A stretch of 39,065 nucleotides of DNA. It comes from Candidatus Iainarchaeum sp. (lineage in GTDB: Archaea; Iainarchaeota; Iainarchaeia; JAFGOX01). The number at the start of each line of letters is the position of its first letter. Position 1 is the stretch's first letter. The stretch is taken from the NCBI GenBank assembly GCA_016926295.1, contig JAFGOX010000009.1, positions 1-39,065 on the forward strand. The letters run 5' to 3'. The notes beneath the pieces are model-generated. The model saw nothing but the letters and a program-made list of their open reading frames with translations, was not told where the DNA came from and made no database searches. The translations under genes and the position numbers were made by a program. Positions 35,248 to 39,065 of the stretch are shown here, in pieces.

Positions 35248-36567
35248 ATGGATTTCAGAGAAACTTTTAGCTTATTAGAGGAAAAAGGCAAAGCCAGAAG
35301 AATCGACAAAGAAGTAGACCCACATTTAGAAATTGCGGGCGTGTTAAATGCTTTGGACGGAACTGCAGTTATTTTTGAAAATGTAAAAAATTCTGATTAT
35401 AGAATTGCAGGAAATGTTGTCTCAGACAGAGATTATTTTGCCTGGCCTCTAGGAATAGAAAAAGAACAATTAATCCACACAATTGCAGATGCTCTCGACA
35501 ATCCAAAAGAACCCGACATTGTCCAAAACGGACCTTGCCAGGAAGTTGTCGAGGATGAAGTTGATTTAGATAAAATTCCTTTCTTAACGCATTTGGAAAA
35601 AGACGGGGGGCCATATGTAACTTCCGGAGTTGCAATAATCAACGACCCCGACCTGGGAAGAAATGCTTGTTATCACAGATTAATGAAGCGTGATAAAACA
35701 AGTTTTGCAGCAAGAATAATCCCAAAACGAGGAACCGATACTGCGTTTCAGAAAGTTGATGAGCTGGAAATGGCGGTCTGCATTGGAAACTCTGTTCCGG
35801 TTTTACTTGGAGCAGCATTATCTCCAGAAAAAAATGTGGACGAACTTGCAATTATGAATGCATTAGGCAAGACTGACTTGGTAAAATGCAAGACAAAAGA
35901 TTTGGAAGTACCGGCAGACTCGGAAATAATTCTGGAAGGAAGATTGCTCCACGAAAAAACAACTGAAGGGCCTTTTCTGGACCTGACAGAAACATGGGAT
36001 TATGCAAGAGACGACCAACCGGTTTTTCAAATTGACAAAATTACACATAGAAAAGACCCTATACACCATGCTCTGCTTCCAGGAAGAAACGAACACAAAC
36101 TGCTCATGGGAATGCCAAGAGAGCCGACAATCTTCAAAGAAGTAAACAAAGTTTGCGAATGTAAAAATGTTTCAATCACACTTGGCGGATGCTCGTGGCT
36201 ACATGCAATAGTACAGATAAAAAAGAAAAAATGGTTTGACGGCAAAAGGGCGATAGATGCGGCGTTCAGGGGGCATAATTCACTGAAGCATTGTGTAATC
36301 ATTGATGATGATATAAACATATACAACCCGGCAGAAGTGGAATGGGCAATTGCAACAAGATTCCAGGCGGATGATGATTCAATAATACTAAGATTTCAGG
36401 ATGGAAGCTCACTAGACGCAAGTGGAAAATATTTTGAAGGCGATCCTAAGGCAAAAACAGCGAAAATGGGTTTAGACGCAACAATTCCTACGCTTGACGA
36501 ACACAATATCCAAAGTTTCAAGAAAGGAAAATACCAGGAAGTAAATTTAGCTGACTATTTGGAGTGA
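35248..36567 (+). CDS. ubiD: UbiD-family decarboxylase, likely trans-anhydromevalonate 5-phosphate decarboxylase
   Basis: DGGPY, N..YHR, PA.SEI.LEG, EGPF.D, VEWAIATR, K.GLDAT; specific function inferred from adjacency to AcnX, UbiX and IPK. Confidence 0.9.
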   Translation: MDFRETFSLLEEKGKARRIDKEVDPHLEIAGVLNALDGTAVIFENVKNSDYRIAGNVVSDRDYFAWPLGIEKEQLIHTIADALDNPKEPDIVQNGPCQEVVEDEVDLDKIPFLTHLEKDGGPYVTSGVAIINDPDLGRNACYHRLMKRDKTSFAARIIPKRGTDTAFQKVDELEMAVCIGNSVPVLLGAALSPEKNVDELAIMNALGKTDLVKCKTKDLEVPADSEIILEGRLLHEKTTEGPFLDLTETWDYARDDQPVFQIDKITHRKDPIHHALLPGRNEHKLLMGMPREPTIFKEVNKVCECKNVSITLGGCSWLHAIVQIKKKKWFDGKRAIDAAFRGHNSLKHCVIIDDDINIYNPAEVEWAIATRFQADDDSIILRFQDGSSLDASGKYFEGDPKAKTAKMGLDATIPTLDEHNIQSFKKGKYQEVNLADYLE

Positions 36568-36571
36568 TTAA

Positions 36572-37762
36572 ATGAATTTGACTAAAGAAGAAGAAGGAAT
36601 ATTAAATGGAGAAGAGGGTGAAGGCGTACAAAAAGCAATGCAACTAGTTGTAAAGCTTGGAGATATTTTTGGCGCAGAGGAATTGGTTGAAATCCAATCA
36701 GCACAGGCGTCAGGAGTAAGCTATAAATCAATTAAAGATGAAGGTTTAGAATGGTTAGAGGATTTTGCCAGTTTGGGGGCAAAGACCCGCGTTCCAACTT
36801 TTATGAATCCTGCCGGCATGGATTTAGAACACTGGGATTATTTTGGTTTCCCAGAAGATTTTGCTGAAAAACAATTAAGAATTATTGAGGCATTTGAGGA
36901 AATGGATGTAATACCCTCCGCGACATGCACACCTTATCTATTAGGAAACATCCCCCAAAAAGGCGAGCATCTTGCATGGGCAGAAAGCTCAGCAGTGTCA
37001 TTTGCGAATAGTGCACTTGGGGCAAGAACAAACAGGGAAGGCGGGCCATCTGCACTGGCAGCAGGAATCTGCGGCAAAACTGGAAAATATGGTTATCACT
37101 TAGACGAAAACAGGCATGCTACTCACAAAATAGATGTAGAAATTGAAATTAATAAGGTAGCTGATTTTGGAGCTCTTGGGCACAAAGTTGGAAAAATTGT
37201 GGAAGATGGTGTCCCTTATTTCACAGGAATAAAACCTAACACAGACCAGCTAAAGGCATTGGGTGCAGCAATGGCGGCATCAGGGGCAGTAGCATTGTAC
37301 CATGTAGAAGATGTTACTCCCGAGGCAAAAGAGGAAAGACCTGCGGGGCAGTATGTTGAAACAATCACATTTGGGGAAAAGGATTTGAAAGAAGAAAAGG
37401 AAAAATTAAACACAGGTGAAAAACCGGACTGCATAATGGTTGGTTGCCCCCATAGCTCAATAATAGAAATAGAGAAAATAGCAAAAATGGTTAAAGGAAA
37501 AAATTTAAAGACTAAATTATGGATTTGCACCTCGCGACCCATGAAAGAATTAGCACGAACCGCAGGATTTGTTGAAGCAATAGAAAATGCTGGCGGAGAT
37601 ATTGTTTGCGATACATGCATGGTTGTAGCACCAATAGAACAAATGGGATTCAAAACTGTTGCAGTAAACTCAGGAAAAGCAGCAGAATACCTTCCTGCGC
37701 ACTGCAAGCAGAAGGTAGTATTTGATGATATTGAAACCCTAATCAAGGGGGCGTTGGAATGA
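36572..37762 (+). CDS. Aconitase X large subunit (DUF521), likely phosphomevalonate dehydratase large subunit
   Basis: SGVSYK, TCTPY, AWAESSAV.FANS.LGARTNREGGP, GCPH, DTCMVV (three Cys cluster ligands). Confidence 0.92.
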   Translation: MNLTKEEEGILNGEEGEGVQKAMQLVVKLGDIFGAEELVEIQSAQASGVSYKSIKDEGLEWLEDFASLGAKTRVPTFMNPAGMDLEHWDYFGFPEDFAEKQLRIIEAFEEMDVIPSATCTPYLLGNIPQKGEHLAWAESSAVSFANSALGARTNREGGPSALAAGICGKTGKYGYHLDENRHATHKIDVEIEINKVADFGALGHKVGKIVEDGVPYFTGIKPNTDQLKALGAAMAASGAVALYHVEDVTPEAKEERPAGQYVETITFGEKDLKEEKEKLNTGEKPDCIMVGCPHSSIIEIEKIAKMVKGKNLKTKLWICTSRPMKELARTAGFVEAIENAGGDIVCDTCMVVAPIEQMGFKTVAVNSGKAAEYLPAHCKQKVVFDDIETLIKGALE

Positions 37763-38154
37763 AACTAAAGGGAAGAGCAATAATGGAAGGAATCGTAGAA
37801 GGGGAAGCGTTAGTTTCGGAAATGCCGATTGGCTTTTATGGAAAGGTTGACACAGAAACCGGAATAATTCATGATGAAGGACACGATTTGGACGAAGAGT
37901 GCCTTACTGAAAAAATACTTATATTCCCAAAAGGAAAAGGAAGCACAGTGGGCTCATTTGTAATATACGGACTAGAAAAGAAAAAAACAGGGCCAAAAGC
38001 CATAATAAATGCAGAAACCGAACCAATTGTCGCAACTGGCGTGATAATCGCAGACCTACCTTGTGTCGACAGAATTGACATCTCTAAAATAAAAACAGGA
38101 GATTGGATAAAAGTAAATGGAGAAACAGGTGAAGTTGAAGTAAATGAACAATAA
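37759..38154 (+). CDS. Aconitase X small (swiveling) subunit (DUF126), likely phosphomevalonate dehydratase small subunit
   Basis: G...GEALV, GKGSTVGS, P.AII....E.IVA.G; ATGA overlap with the large subunit. Confidence 0.92.
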   Translation: MKLKGRAIMEGIVEGEALVSEMPIGFYGKVDTETGIIHDEGHDLDEECLTEKILIFPKGKGSTVGSFVIYGLEKKKTGPKAIINAETEPIVATGVIIADLPCVDRIDISKIKTGDWIKVNGETGEVEVNEQ

Positions 38155-38710
38155 ATTGATTGTCGCAATCAGCGGAGCAAGTGGATTCCAATTAGGATTT
38201 GAACTATTGAAATCATTAAAAGAAAAAGGAATCGAAACGCATCTGATAATAAGCGATGCTGCACAGAAAGTAAGACAATACGAAACTAAAATCAGTGATG
38301 AAGAACTTGTTAAATATGCAGATTTTACTTACAAACCAGAAGATATTCACACAAAAATATGCTCAAGTTCCTTTGGAGTAGACGGGATGGTAATAATTCC
38401 CTGTTCCATGAACACATTGGGGCATATTGCAAATGGACTGGAAAAAAATGCAATAACAAGAGCAGCAAACAACCAATTGAAAAGCGAAAGAAAATTAATT
38501 TTAGTGCTAAGGGAAACACCCTTGACTTTACCACAGTTAAAAAACATGGTTAAGGCAAAGGAAGCAGGATGCACAATACTACCTGCAATGATGTGCCATT
38601 ACATAAAACCGCAATCATTTAATGACATGGAGAAATTTATCGTGGGGAGAACATTAGAGTTATTAGATATTGAACATGAAGAATACAAAAGGTGGGATGT
38701 GTATGAGTGA
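38144..38710 (+). CDS. ubiX: Flavin prenyltransferase UbiX
   Basis: AISGASG, PCSM.TL..IA.G, I.RAA...LK..R, RETPL. Confidence 0.93.
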   Translation: MNNKLIVAISGASGFQLGFELLKSLKEKGIETHLIISDAAQKVRQYETKISDEELVKYADFTYKPEDIHTKICSSSFGVDGMVIIPCSMNTLGHIANGLEKNAITRAANNQLKSERKLILVLRETPLTLPQLKNMVKAKEAGCTILPAMMCHYIKPQSFNDMEKFIVGRTLELLDIEHEEYKRWDVYE

Positions 38711-39065
38711 TATTTTATTATTGAAACTTGGCGGCTCAGTAATTACAGAAAAGAATCTTGCATTAACTGCAAGGGAAGACACAATAGAACGCTTGGCAAG
38801 TGAAATAGCCGAAGCAAAAGAAGAAGGCGACTTTGATTTAGTTATAGTTAATGGTGCAGGGAGCTTTGGACATTATCCTGTTCAGGAATATGGGTTAATG
38901 GGAGATATACCAAAAGAAAAAATGTTTGAAGTATCAATGGTTCACAAACATGTTGAAGATTTAAATAGAAAAATTTGGGATGCATTAATAAAACATAAAT
39001 TTCCTGCAGTACCAATTCATCCAATGAGCTTTGTATATCAGAATGAAGCAGAAATAGAAATATTT
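38703..39065 (+). CDS. ipk: Isopentenyl phosphate kinase, 3' end outside the window; not in the ORF track
   Basis: Manual translation MSDILLLKLGGSVITEK...LVIVNGAGSFGHYPVQEYGL; amino-acid-kinase fold with the IPK-type GSFGH His; frame open to the window end. Confidence 0.88.
   Translation, partial: MSDILLLKLGGSVITEKNLALTAREDTIERLASEIAEAKEEGDFDLVIVNGAGSFGHYPVQEYGLMGDIPKEKMFEVSMVHKHVEDLNRKIWDALIKHKFPAVPIHPMSFVYQNEAEIEIF

Noticed and set aside
1..39065. CRISPR array, IS element, programmed frameshift or stop-codon reassignment
   Set aside because: No spaced direct repeats or transposase seen; all genes are full length in one frame, and TAA, TAG and TGA all occur at expected gene ends.

Overview
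Archaeal chromosomal window (AT-rich, Lys-rich proteins; the long-branch character suggests a DPANN-like lineage, which is inference only). All supported genes are on the + strand. It holds a nearly complete transcription/translation superoperon: 3' part of rpoB, rpoA', rpoA'', eL30, nusA, uS12, uS7, EF-2, EF-1A, uS10; an inserted archease-rtcB pair and a surface protein; the S10-spc block (uL3 to secY, with SUI1 and Rpp29); DUF106-eL34-cmk-eL14; the alpha block (uS13, uS4, uS11, rpoD, eL18, uL13, uS9, rpoN, eno, uS2, MEMO1); and a clustered archaeal (Aeropyrum-type) mevalonate module (UbiD-like decarboxylase, AcnX large and small subunits, UbiX, isopentenyl phosphate kinase cut by the window end). 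The gene content is ordinary, but several details are not. (1) The RNA polymerase keeps its catalytic Asp triad and key Lys/Arg/His residues, yet near-invariant motifs of the bridge helix, trigger loop and RpoB active-centre region are rewritten, and NusA has lost both KH GxxG loops. (2) A structured non-coding segment with a tight four-way junction occupies the usual adk position between secY and DUF106. (3) There is a structured leader before uL3. (4) uS12 carries substitutions at both classical accuracy positions. No tRNA, rRNA, CRISPR or mobile element was recognised. Consensus motifs are quoted from memory and all RNA folds were done by eye.
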